A stretch of DNA of 64,000 nt from Anthoceros angustus. Taxonomy: Eukaryota; Plantae; Anthocerotophyta. The position numbers were made by a program, and so were the translations under genes. Below, in pieces: positions 49,465 to 61,800 of the stretch. Every line of letters starts with the position of its first letter. Position 1 is the first letter of the stretch. The stretch spans positions 806,001 to 870,000 of the forward strand of contig VJWM01000108.1 of the NCBI GenBank assembly GCA_010909165.1, read 5' to 3'. The notes below the pieces were generated by a model. It saw only the letters and a program-made list of their open reading frames with translations. It was not told where the DNA came from and made no database searches.

Positions 49465-52400
49465 ATGGAGTGCCCGCTGAAGGTGCAATTTCCAGGGCTT
49501 GGTCAATTTTGCACCGATAATCTAACTTGGCAGGTTCTCAAGGATTTGAAGATTGCCTATATTCCATGGAATAGAGTAGAAGATTTTATTTCTGGTGAAG
49601 GCTTCAAATGTGCTGCAAGTTTCTATCGGAAAGATTCAAAGACTCAAAATTCACTACCACCACCAATTGTGCCATCCTTAGACACTGCAATCACATATAT
49701 CAGGTACCTTCTGCAACTTCCAAGTTCTCTACTCTAATTTCCCTAACCACTTTCCTGGCTTGGTGGCCTCTGTCCATGTGCTTTCTTTGCCTTAAGTTGA
49801 AGCCAAATCTTGGTATTTGCTGTCGTGTGTTTCTATGTAGGTATTGGTGTTCATATGGACGGAGGATTTCCATGCTACCACACCCAAGAATGTGCGCATG
49901 AAGACCGGATGTATGGCCAATTTTGTTGTGAAGCGATTGCGCTTATTCCTGAAGTTGCTCAAATCCTTCTTCATGAAGAGCGCACGAGATCGGTGATATC
50001 CGTCATGGTCCGCGGTATGTGGGACACCCTAAATTGTCTAGAGCTCCTTGGATCTCGAAGAGAAAAGGATTGGGTTAAACATTGTCTTTATTGCAAGGTT
50101 TCGTGTCGGAGATTATGCGTCGGCATGTTGCAGTTGTGTATGAGAAGATGAGTCACTACATAGGACATGAGCGTGGTGGTGGCGTTCGAGATGACTACAT
50201 GCGCAAGGATGTGTTGAACATGAAGCGACAAGTGGAAGCGGGTGAGTGGAAACTAGACCACGATGATGTAAAGTCCACCGAGATGTGGCTCAAAGTGAAT
50301 CTTGACCTTATCTTCCATAGATCGAACGTGAACCTTTTGTTTTAGGGTTGCAAACTCCTTTCATGCGGCATGTTCATCAAGCATGGTAACAATAGTGTTT
50401 TAGCCATGGACGCCACATTTGGTATGAACAAGTATAGGTACCACTTATTTACGGTGATGGTTTTGATCAACACCTTAATGGTATTCCATTGCTTGGGCAC
50501 TAACACGAGGCTACTATACTTTCTTTGGTATCATGGTTGACGCCACTCCGACATGTCGCTCTTACAACATGTGCAACATGGGTCCCTAGTTGCTTCCTAG
50601 TTGATGATTGTTTTAGCGAGATAGGTGCCTTTAAGCGGTATGGGGCCAACATACATGTTGTGTTGTGTCTATGGCATGTAAGGAAGGCATGGCAGCGGAA
50701 CCTTCTAAAGAAGGTAAAGTGCATTATTGCAAGGAAGAAGATTTGGGCAGCTCTTGCGGAGATCATGTATGTCAGAGGCCATAATACGCAAGATGGTATT
50801 GTCGCATGGGGTAAGGTATTGTTAGAGTTCTTCTACAAGGAGTGGCATGGAAGTCAACCAGCCTTTGTTGAGTATTTCAAGAAGCAGTGGGGTGACTCTA
50901 TAGGTATTATTCTTTGCCCAAAGTGCACTAGTTTCTTTGTGTGCGGTAAGGGTTGGTTGAATGGATGTTTACATGGTGTCGTGTGTTTCTATGTAGGTAT
51001 TGGTGTTCATATGGACCGGAGGATTTCAGCCGCTACCACACCCAAGAATGTGCGCATGAAGACCGGATGTATGGCCAATTTTGTTGTGAAGCTTGCGCTT
51101 ATTCCTGAAGTTGCTCAAATCCTTCTTCATGAAGAGCGCACGTAGATCGGCGGTGATATCTGTCATGGTCCAAGTATGGGACACCCTAAATTGTCTAGAG
51201 CTCCTTGGATCTCGAAGAGAAAAGGATTGGGTTAAACATTGTCTTTATTGCAAGGTTTCGTCGGAGATTATGCGTCGGCATGTTGCGCTTGTGTACGAGA
51301 AGATGAGTCACTACATAGGACATGAGCGTGGTGGTGACGCTCGAGATGACTACATGCAAGGATGTGTTGAACATGAAACGACAAGTGGAAGCGGGTGAGT
51401 GGAAACTAGACCACGATGATGTAAAGTCCACCGAGATGTGGCTCAAAGTGAATCGACCTTATCTTCCATAGATCGAACTCGGTGAACCTTTTGTTTTAGG
51501 GTTGCAAACTCCTTTCATGCGATGTTCATCAAGCATGGTAACAATAGTGTTTTAGCCATGGATGCCACATTTGGTATGAACAAGTATAGGTACCACTTAT
51601 TTACGGTGATGGTTTTGATCAACACCTTAATGGTATTCCATTGCTTGGGCACTAACACGAGGCTACTATACTTTCTTTGGTATCATGGTTGACGCCACTC
51701 CGACATGTCGCTCTTACAACATGTGCAACATGGGTCCCTAGTTGCTTCCTAGTTGATGATTGTTTTAGCGAGATAGGTGCCTTTAAACAGTATGGGGCCA
51801 ACATACATGTTGTGTTGTGTCTATGGCATGTAAGGAAGGTATAAATGAACCTTTTAAAGAAGGTAAAGTGCATTATTGCAAGGAAGAAGATTTGGGCAGC
51901 TCTTGGAGATCATGTATGTCGAGGCCATAATACGCAAGATGGTACTGTAGCATGGGGTAAGGTATTGTTAGAGTTTTTCTACAAGGAGTGGCATGGAAGT
52001 CAACCAGCCTTTGTTGAGTATTTCAAGAAGCAGTGGGGTGACTCTATAGGTAATATTCTTTGCCCAAAGTGCACTAGTTTCTTTGTCCAAAGTGCACTAG
52101 TTTCTTTGTACGGTAAGGGTTGGTTGAATGGATGTTCACATGGTGTCGGCTGTGTGTAATAATGTTTCGCATTTCTTTATGCCAGACATGTGGTTGAAGA
52201 ACTGCAGGATGTTTCCCCACGCTGGACAGGATACCACATCTGCTCTGGAGGCCTTTCATCGATTCTTGAAGGAAAGAGTATCTTTTACCAAGGCTGCGTT
52301 GCCAGGAAGGCGTATGGATTGGCTTCTACATCAACTTGTGAGCAGTATACGGCATTCTTGGTACCTTGATTTCACCAAGACTGGGGGTTACAAGCCGAAT

Positions 52401-52845
52401 TTAAAACTCGAGAAGGTATATGAGCATGTTTTGTCCGCAGCGAGCACCATCAGACGAGGCTGTCATATTCCCGTCTGTAGTTGGGTCTACTGTTGCATAT
52501 TGCATGTCCTCTGAGGATAGTGACAAGGTTTACGTCATTGAGGCTGCACATTCTCCATGGGCATTTTGTACTTGTGGGATGGGGCAGAAAGGATTCATTT
52601 GCAAACATGTTGTGAAGGTGCAACAGGTATGTGGTATATTTGAACATACTTCCCAGTTATTGCGCCTTGCTTGGTGTACCAATGGATCTTATGTTTGGGC
52701 ACAAGAAGAAGGAAGAACATTACGACCTAAATCTTGTTCGGAGAATGAGATATCACATGATAATCATGTTCGGGATACACAACAATCTGGCAATCTTGTT
52801 GTCGCATCTTCCCATCAACCCGGTAGCTTGGAGGAGTTGAAGTGA
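49465..52845 (+). pseudogene. MULE transposase with a SWIM zinc finger, disrupted, with an internal ~1.15-kb duplication
   Basis: DATFGMNKYRY.LFTVMV, LCLWHVRKAW, TTSALEAFH and CTCGMGQKGFICKH are present. 49820-50975 is repeated at 50975-52100. Confidence 0.85.
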
Positions 52846-53559
52846 ACGACGTCGAGACTTGGATGCAATCATGGGGTATTCCAAGCATTGTGGAAGCCAA
52901 GCCTGCTATTTTGTTTGAGGTCTGCGCAATAATGGAACAAGCACAACATCGTATTAGGGAAGTTGCAGCTTAGGTGGACGAGGCCTCAAGCAATAAACCG
53001 GTATTAGAGGAGTTTGTTCCGAATGACGGGACCAACCGGTTAGTGCGTTTCAAGGGCATTGAAGAACGCTCAAGACCGAAGAAGAAAAAAGTGTTTACTT
53101 TGTGATGCCTTTGTGTTAGTCTCTAAAGGCTTGTGTGTAGGAGTGCGGCCTCTCACACATTTGCAACCGAGGGCTGAGGGCTGAAAAATTGGGCTGAGGG
53201 CTGAGGTATTTTGCAATCGAGGGCTGAGAAATTTTGCAATCGAGGGCTGAGGAATTTGTTCAGACTGTTTCTGGCCTTGTATAGCCTGGACTCCTTCACT
53301 AGCATGTTTCACAAATTAGCACAATACCCAATCCGAACTGCAAAACAAGCATACAGCATGCCAACCTTTGTGCAGTGACAAGGTTCAGTTAATCCTATCG
53401 ATTGGTGCAACATCCTATGAATAGCATTGCTATCCACATTGTGGGGAATGGGGCATGCTTCTCTTTCTCTTCAGAAAAATACATGGCAAATCTGCATCTC
53501 TACAGGATTTTGGCAACCTACGTTCCTCCAGCTTCCTTCACCAACTGACAGCGCCTGGC

Positions 53560-54290
53560 CCCCGCCTGCCTCCTCGCCCGCCCGTCGTCGGAAGGAGCCC
53601 CGTCCGGCCTCGCCCGCCCGCGCCTCCCGCCCGCCTCGGAAGGAGCCCGTCCTCGGCCGCCCGCCGCCCGGCCTCCTCGCCCGCCCGGCCTCCCCGCCTC
53701 GGAAGGAGCCAATATCCTCGGCCTCCCCGCCTCGCGCCCTTCTCGACCTCGCCGCTCGCGAGACCGCTGCCTCCCCACCCGCCCGGCCTCCCGCAAGAGG
53801 GTGGCCCGCCCGCCTCCCGCCTCCCCGCCTGCCCGGCCTCCCGAGGGTGGCCCGCCCGCCTGCCTCCCGAGGGTGGCCGCCCGCCCGCCCCGCTGCCTCC
53901 CCACCCACCCGCCTCCCGCAAGAGGGTGGCCCAGGCGGCCGCCCGCCCACCCGCGGCCTCCCGCGAGGGCGGCCGCGAGGGCGGCTCGCCCGCCCGCCCG
54001 CCCGCCTCCCGCGAGGGCGGCTGCCCGCCCGCGCCTCCCGCGAGAGGTCGGCTGCCCGCCCGCCCGCGGCCTCCCATGAGAGGCGGCTGCCCGCCCACCC
54101 GCCTCCCCAAGAGGGTGGCCTCGCCCGTCCGGCCTCCTCGCGCGTCGCGGCCTCCCGCGAGACCGCGGCCTCCCCGCCCGCCTCCCCAAGAGGGTGGCCC
54201 GCCCGCCTGCCTCCCCGCGCCTCCTCCCGTGGCCCTCCCTCCCCGCCTCGCGCCCGCGCCCTCCCCGCCCGCCTCCCCGCCTTCCTAAGT
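53560..54290. repeat. Extremely GC-rich, C-skewed low-complexity block inside the MULE
   Basis: Built from gcccgcccgcctccc(g/a)agagggtg-like modules, with very few A/T. Confidence 0.85.
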
Positions 54291-54675
54291 CTTTAATTTG
54301 AAATACCGCTCACTTCATACTCGCACGGTTCTAAAATGAAGCATGGTTGGTTTACGACAACCTCGTGGTGGTGCGATATCTGCCAGTGCCATCTTTGGGC
54401 AAAATCTGGCGGTGACATCCTGTAGGGACCGGTACATGGTGTTGCGTTTAAAGTATACATGATGAGAGAGAATCGTGATGGGCGAGGCATGGCATGCCAC
54501 GCCAGATTTCACACGCGCGAAGCATTGATTGCTTCGGGGATTGAGACGTGTGCATGAAAGCCCGGACCCGGACCCGGACGCGGCCGAACATAGTCAAAGA
54601 TGCGGTGGCGAGACGCGGGGCCATCACTTCCATGGCGTGCTCACTACTCAGCCATGGTGGGTTCAGGGGTTCAGT

Positions 54676-54800
54676 CATGCTTCATGCTTCATGCTTCATG
54701 CTTCATGCTTCATGCTTCATGCTTCATGCTTCATGCTTCATGCTTCATGCTTCATGCTTCATGCTTCATGCTTCATGCTTCATGCTTCATGCTTCATGCT
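54676..54800. repeat. (CATGCTT)n heptanucleotide microsatellite, ~18 copies
   Basis: Perfect tandem units. Confidence 0.97.
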
Positions 54801-54839
54801 GCCTACCAGCTCTCAACCTCTCAAGATTTGGCCTGAAGC

Positions 54840-55220
54840 TTGCAATGGGCATAGTGGAGTCATGTACGGCTTGATCCTGGGTTGCTTTGCCGTCCCCTGC
54901 TTCTACTCCTACACGGCGCGTACCAAGCTTCGGGTGAAGTACTCGTTGCCGGAGGATCCTATGAATGATCTGTGCACTCACTTCTTCTGCGAGCCTTTTG
55001 CGCTCTGCCAGGAGTACCGCGAGCTCAAGAACCGCGGCATAGACCCTGCACTTGGTGCGTCCCCAGCCGTTGCTTTGCTTTGCCCAGGACTAGTACTCCT
55101 AGGCATGCAGGTGGCAGTTGATTAGGTGCACGGTGTGCGCATGCGGTGGGCCATCAAATCAAGCAAAACCAGGAGATGATGATGATGATGGCTCCAGGCA
55201 CGCCACCCATGTCCAAGTGA
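54840..55220 (+). pseudogene. 5'-truncated PLAC8 (PCR/CNR-like) paralog
   Basis: HSGVMYGLILGCFAVPCFYSY…CEPFALCQEYRELKNRG. The last splice acceptor is damaged, exons 1-2 are missing, and the 3' flank is homologous to 57800-58680. Confidence 0.85.
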
Positions 55221-56519
55221 CAGGCTGCTGCATCACCTTCTTGCAATTGGTGTCGATCCTCTTCGAATTCTCTAGATCTCCAGGGATAAGTTGAAGGGCC
55301 CTGGTACACGCGGGCAGACTTAACTTCTTCCTTCACACACGGACCCGCACCAAGGCATTTGGCGTTGCTTTCGCAGACAATGCGCAATGCGACAATTTTG
55401 ATTCTGACGTGAGGATCAAAGTTGAAGGAATGTTTCTTGTCGAAACGAACACGAACGTTAGTCAAGAAGTGACTACCGATTTGTAACTTGTCCATCAAGC
55501 AGCTTACCTGCTGCATTATATAACTAGCTAAATACTGTTAGGAGTGCGAGTGGTTTTGAATTGAGGTGATGTGTGTCCTCAGAGGGCCGAGGTGGCCGAG
55601 ACTCCCCTGAACAGAAGGCATCACTCCCGAGCTGGTAGCTACGGACATTTTCTGAAGGCTGCGCATGCTCTGCCATTCCAAATCGGCACTAGGAATTGTT
55701 TGTGGAGGACGTACCGCGCCGCGTGATGCAAGGCTCACGGTGACTTGGCTGTCTTGTCCAACGTGTATGGTGGGCGACATCGATAGAAGCACATTGCAAT
55801 TGGCTGTGTGTCTAGCTGTTGTCGTTCCTATGTCAAGTTGTGTTTAGCCAGCTAGCTACACCTAGCTGATAGTCGACTAGTGGAAACCCACCCAGCTGCA
55901 TATCGGGCAGCAGCCCCTCAAGCTTGCTTGTCATTGCATACCTGCGTGCTAGTCTGACCTGCGGAGAGCTCATCGGCTGCAGCTTATCATCCCAACGACG
56001 TCCCGGGCCCCCTTGTCCATGTAAAGAACCCGAGGAAGAGGACATGTGTGTGAAAACAATGCCGTGCCTCGTAAGTTTGTCGTGAAGTTCCTTGTCTACA
56101 CACGAGACATGTTGGACAAATCAAGCTCAACTCTCTCAACCGGGAATTCCTCATTCTGTCCTCGGCCACGAGGCATGCCAACATGGCATAGCCACAAAAC
56201 GATGCATATGTCCGGACATATGGATACATATATGGCACCGGGTGCATGGAGCATGGACAGGATCGGAGGGGACCGGCAACGACTTTGCCGCCCCAGGGAA
56301 TAAAGGGTGGGGTCTGCCACATCCTTCTCGTATGAAAACCCGCCCCAACATCCGCCCGTGTTGGTGTCCTTTTTTTCTTTTTTTCCGGACATGATTTATT
56401 ACATAGATATAAGATGTCGTTGAGGCTCACGAACTGCAGTCGCACACGGTCGTCACTCCGATCGCCAGATTTGAGATCTGTGACTTTGAAATTCTTGACT
56501 CTCAGATCTGCGACCGAAG

Positions 56520-57800
56520 ATGGATGGATCTGCCTTCGTACCAGGTGGTGGCGGCCCGCCCATCTTCTACTCACAGGGCGCTCCTGATGAAGCCATCTTC
56601 CAGCAGCAGCAGCAGCCGCCGCCATCCTATGGAGTTCCACACCAGCAGGCCTATGGTATCCCAGAGCAGCAGCAGCAGCAGCCGCCGCCACCCTACGGAG
56701 TTCCACACCAGCAGGCTTATGGTATCCCAGAGCAGCAGCAGCAGCAGCAGCAGCAGCCTTTCTACGGCGTGCAACCCCAACCTTACTATGCCACGCAACA
56801 CCAACCTGCTCCTTACGGCCACCCACCGCAGCAAGCTCAAGTTCCGCCTTATGCCTACCATCCGCAACCAGCGCCGCCGCTGCCGCCTAATGCCCCGTTT
56901 GCTCGGCCAGGGATCCAGAGCCCTCAGATCCTGCCGCCGCAGCAGCAGCAGTACTGGACATCCGGCATCTTCGACTGCTTCCAGGATATGCAATCTTGTC
57001 AGTCCCTGAGCCAAGGACACTCTAGTAGTGTGTGCGGTGTTTGGTGCATTTGGGTGTTGCTGGAGGAGCCTCAGGATGGAATGCAAGTCATCCATCTCAT
57101 GTCGGATGATCCCCCACTGCTTCCAGGTTTCCTCACCACCGCCTGTCATTTGCTACTGCGCAGGTATCATCACCACGTTTGTGCCTTGCGTCACCTATGG
57201 ACAAATCGCAGAAATTCTGGACCAAGGCACCACAAGTAACGCTCGCCCTAGGCCTCCTCCTCCTCCTTCACCTCATTCGCACCAGCTGCTCTGTTCCTGG
57301 CTACAGCGGATTTCCTCTCCTTTCCGACACACATGTACAGCTTTGTTGACACGCAATATTATCGGTGTGTGGATTATCTGCAGCCTGTGCCCATAGCGGA
57401 GTCATGTACTGCTTGATCCTGTGGTGCTTTGCCGTCCCCTGCTTCTACTCCTACACGGCGCGCAGCAAGCTTCGGTACAAGTACTCGTTGCCGGAGGATC
57501 CCATGAGTGATCTGTGCACGCATTGCTTCTGCGAGCCGTTTGCGCTCTGCCAGGAGTACCGCGAGCTTAAGAATCGCGGCATAGACCCTGCACTAGGTGC
57601 GTCACACAGCTGTAATTTGTGTGTTTCGACTTGCCATTGCCTTTGCTTTGCCCAGGACTCCGTGCCGTGCATTTGTACACTGCCTTGATTGTGGGTGCCT
57701 GGCCTGCGCATGCGCATGCGCAGGCTGGACTGGCTATCAAATCAAGCAAAACCAGGAGATGATGATGATGGCTCCAACCGCGCCAGCCATGGCCAGGTGA
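56520..57800 (+). CDS. PLAC8/PCR/CNR-family Cys-rich protein with a Pro/Gln-rich N-terminus; exons 56520-56997, 57164-57235, 57384-57596, 57724-57800
   Basis: Three GT-AG introns give a continuous frame: WTSGIFDCFQDMQSC-IITTFVPCVTYGQIAEILD…R.KY.LPEDP…HCFCEPFALCQEYRELKNRG…MAR*. Confidence 0.9.
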
Positions 57801-58838
57801 CCTGCTGCATCACCTCTTCTCGATCGACTGGCCGAGGTCCTGGTCCTGGCCATGGTAGCTTGTGTTGCAACTTGCCATCAATGTCTGCCTACACACACCG
57901 GACCCAGACAGCCACCAAGCTGTTTGTTGCTCGCAGCCTTCTTGTCTGAGCGTAAGGAAATAAGGAATCCTTGACAGATTAGACAGCTTCTAACCTGTCC
58001 ATCATCGGACAGAAGGTTACCTACTGCATACCTAGGCACTGTTAGGAGTGAGAGTGTTTTGAATTGAAGTGATGTGTGTAAGGGCCGAGCTGGAGACTCC
58101 CCTGAATAGCCACGAGGTATCCCGATTCAGTAGGGACATTTTCTCGAGGCTGCCCATTCTAAACGTTGGGATGGCTACCTGGACTTCATGGCAGCAGTTG
58201 TTGTTTTTGAAGAGGAGGAAGGAACTATGAGATGGGTCCTCAGACATGCCGTTGGGCTCCTAATATGTGTGTGTCTATCAGAGTCTGATCTCGCCATCTG
58301 TCTAGGCAGGAATTGTTTGTGGAGGACGTGATACAGGCTGTTGCTTGTAGGCAAGGCAGTCTCTGGAGGTACAAGCAAGACTCTCACACCTTGGTATGAC
58401 TGGTATTTAGCTACCTGACAGTAGAAACCCGCCAAGCTGCATATCAGCCACCCCCTACTGATAGAAAGTCTAATGCTTCCTGATAGAAAGTCTAATGCTT
58501 TTCGTTATCAGCGTGCTAGGCCTGACCTGAGGACAACTTCAGCAGTTTTCGTCCTAACGTCCTCCTGTGATGACCCAAGGAAGTCTTGTGTGGAAAAAGT
58601 AGGTGTTTGTGAAGTTTATTCTCCACACATGACAAATGTTCTACAAATCAATCGGGAATTCCTTTTTCTATCCTCGGTCCCGATTCACAAGTCGGCGGCA
58701 CTGAGCACCTACTTAACCTGTCCCAGTCCTTTGACAGGCTCGTGTCTGTTTGTTTGTCAATCGGCTCGCTCACGATGATGTCTGTCGTGGCTCGGTCTGA
58801 TCTTTCCCCCATCCTCGTGTGGGACGTCGTAGAAACGC

Positions 58839-61800
58839 ATGGTATTTCTATTGGCACTCGACGACGGGTCTGTGCGCGTGGCATCAAGATGCTCAGCGCC
58901 ATGGTTGTCTGGAGCGTTTCAATCCGGTGGTGGAAACGCTCCCATCCTCCTGACTTCGAGGAACCAACGCTGGGCGCACAGCCGAGTCTTGAGGTGCAGC
59001 TTTCCCTTTGCAAACAACAAGCCAGCTTGCGTGGATGTGCAGCTTGCTGCTCCGGACATGAGGGTGGGTCGTTCTGCCTCCGACAGAGGCTTACTGGTTG
59101 ATGCTGTCCTTGGCAGCCCCGTACCAGATGATAGGCGTGTAACGGTGGAAACCGTGAGCACGTTGTGTGGTGAGGGAAATCTCGCTGAGGCTGTTGAGGC
59201 TTTGGGACTTCTGGGGCAGACAGCAGAATGTCGCGTTTCCAAATCTCTCTTTTATGCTGTCCTGAAGGAGTGTGTGGTCAGGAAGGATCTTGCTGGAGGT
59301 CGCCGTGTGCATGCCTTGGCAGTGAAGGAGGGGTACCAGTCGGACACGTTCCTGGCCAACCACATACTTCGAATGTATGCCTCTCTTGGCAGCTTGCAAG
59401 AGGCGATGGATGTGTTCACCGTGGTTCCCAAACCAGATACCTTTATCTGGTATTCCATCATTTCTGCCCATGTCAAACACGGGCTAAACAAGCAGGCCAT
59501 AGAGCTGTATCATCGGATGCGCAGGTCGGGTGTGAAGCCAGATGGTAGCCATGTGTTTGTGGCAGCCCTTCAGGCTTGTGCGAGGGGTTCAGACTTGAAA
59601 ACTGGCCAGCAGGTGCATGCTGATGTTGTGGCCAGTGGCGTGGAGCTCGATTTGTTCGTCTGTACCTGCCTGGTGGACATGTACGCAAAGTGTGGGAGCT
59701 TGGAGGATGCTCGGGGTGTGTTTGACGGACTTGGTCAGAAGAATGTGGTGACGTGGAATGCCATCATAGCAGGGTATTCACAGCACGGCAGGGGGCAGGA
59801 AGCCCTCCGTCTGTACAGGGCTATGCAAGATGAGGGCATCGTTGAGCCCAATTCGGTGACATTTTTGTGCCTCTTACAGGCATGTGCAAGTGTAGGCACC
59901 CCAGCTTTGGAGAACGGGAAGCAGCTTCATGCACAAATCGAAGCACTAGGACACCAGGCTGATGTGTTTGTAGCTAGCAGTTTGGTGAACATGTATGCAA
60001 AGTGTGGCAGCTTGGGAGAGGCTCACCGAGTTTTTAACGGACTTGGTAGGAAAGATGTTGTGACATGGAATGCCATGATCGCAGGGTATTCCCAGCAGGG
60101 CATGGGGCAGGAAGCCCTTCAGCTGTACAGGGTAATGCAAGATGAAGGTATTGTTGCGTCCAATGCTGTGACATTTGTGTGCCTCCTGCAGGCATGTGCA
60201 AGTGTTGGCAGCCCTGCTTTGGGGAACGGGAAGCAGCTTCATGCTCAAATCAGAGAATGCGGATATGAAGCTGACGTGTTTGTAGCCAACAGTTTAGTAA
60301 ACATGTATGCAAAGTGTGGCAGCTTGGGGGCTGCTCGGAGACTGTTTGATGACCTTGGTGAAAAAGATGTGGCGACATGGACTGTGATGATAGCTGGATA
60401 TTCCCAGCAGGGCATGGGCCAGGAAGCCCTTCATCTCTACAGGGCTATGCAAGCAGATGGCATCACTGTGCCTGATCCAGTCACATTTGTGTGCCTTGTG
60501 CAGGCATGTGCAAGTGTTGGCCCTATGGCGTTAGAGACAGGGAAGCAGCTCCATAAGCAGATTAGAGAACATGGACACCAAGCTGATGTGTACGTAGCTA
60601 GCAGTTTGGTGAACATGTATGCCAAGTGTGGAAGCCTGGAAGACGCTCAGAGTCTGTTTGAGGAAATTGATCAAAAAACTGTGGTAACATGGACTGCCAT
60701 GATAGCCGGATATTCCCAACAGGGAATGGGCCAGGAAGCCCTTCGTCTGTACAGCACTATGCAAGAGGAAGGCATCACAGTGCCTGATTCGGTGACATTT
60801 GTGTGCCTCCTGAGGGCATGTGCTATCGTGGGCACCGCGGCTTTGGAGAAGGGGAGGCAGCTTCACACACAAATCAGAGAACAAGGACATCAAGCGGATG
60901 TGTTTGTAGCCAATAGTCTGGTGAACATGTATGCAAAGTGTGGCAGCTTGGGGGATGCTCAGGGTGTGTTTGATGGACTTGGTCAAAAAGATGTGGTAAC
61001 GTGGAATGCTATGATAGCAGCATATTCCCAGCAAGGCATGGGCCAAGAAGCCCTTCGGCTTCACACTGCTATGCAACAAGAAGGCATCGTTGTGCCGGAT
61101 TCTGTAACCTTGGTGACCCTCCTGCAGGCCTGTGCAAGTGTGGGCACCACGTCATTGGAGAAGGGGAACCAGCTTCATATGCAAATTAGAGAACAAGGAC
61201 TTGAAACTGATGTGTTTGTTGCCAGCAGTTTGGTAAACATGTATGCAAAGTGTGGCAGCTTGGAAGATGCGCAGAGTGTGTTTGATGGACTTGGTCAAAA
61301 AGATGTGGTGACATGGAATGCCATGATAGCAGGATATTCCCAGCAGGGCATGGGCCAGGACGCCCTTCGTCTGTACGGTGCTATGCAAGAAGAAGGCATG
61401 ACAGTGCCTGATTCCCTGACATTCGTGTGCCTCCTGCAGGCATGTGCAAATGTGGCAGCTTTGCATCTGGGAAGACAGTTGCATGCCCAGATTGTGGAAC
61501 AAGGGCTTCAAGCTGATACGTTTGTAGCCAACAGCTTGGTAAACATGTATGCGAAGTGTGGCAGCATGGTTGATGCACAGCAAGTGTTTGATGCTCTGTC
61601 CCGAAGGGATGTTCTTGCCTGGAATGCACTGATTGCAGGCTACACCTGTCAAGGAGATGGCGACTTGGTCTTTGGCCTTGTCCATCAGATGGAAGAAGAT
61701 GGCATATGGCCAGACAGCATCACACTCCTTTGTGTACTGACAGTGTGCAGTCATGCGGGTCTGGTGAACAAGGGACAGGAATACTTTGCGGCTATGAGCA

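Larger units (their letters stand above)
49126..54553 (+). mobile_element. Mutator-like element (MULE) with ~270-bp TIRs
   Basis: 49126-49400 is the reverse complement of 54300-54553. The 10-bp TSD atgaaagccc sits at 49116-49125 and 54554-54563. Confidence 0.9.

Noticed and set aside
53427-54296. Long Pro/Arg/Ala-rich ORFs in nearly all six frames
   Set aside because: Stop codons are absent because of the extreme GC content; there is no domain signal.
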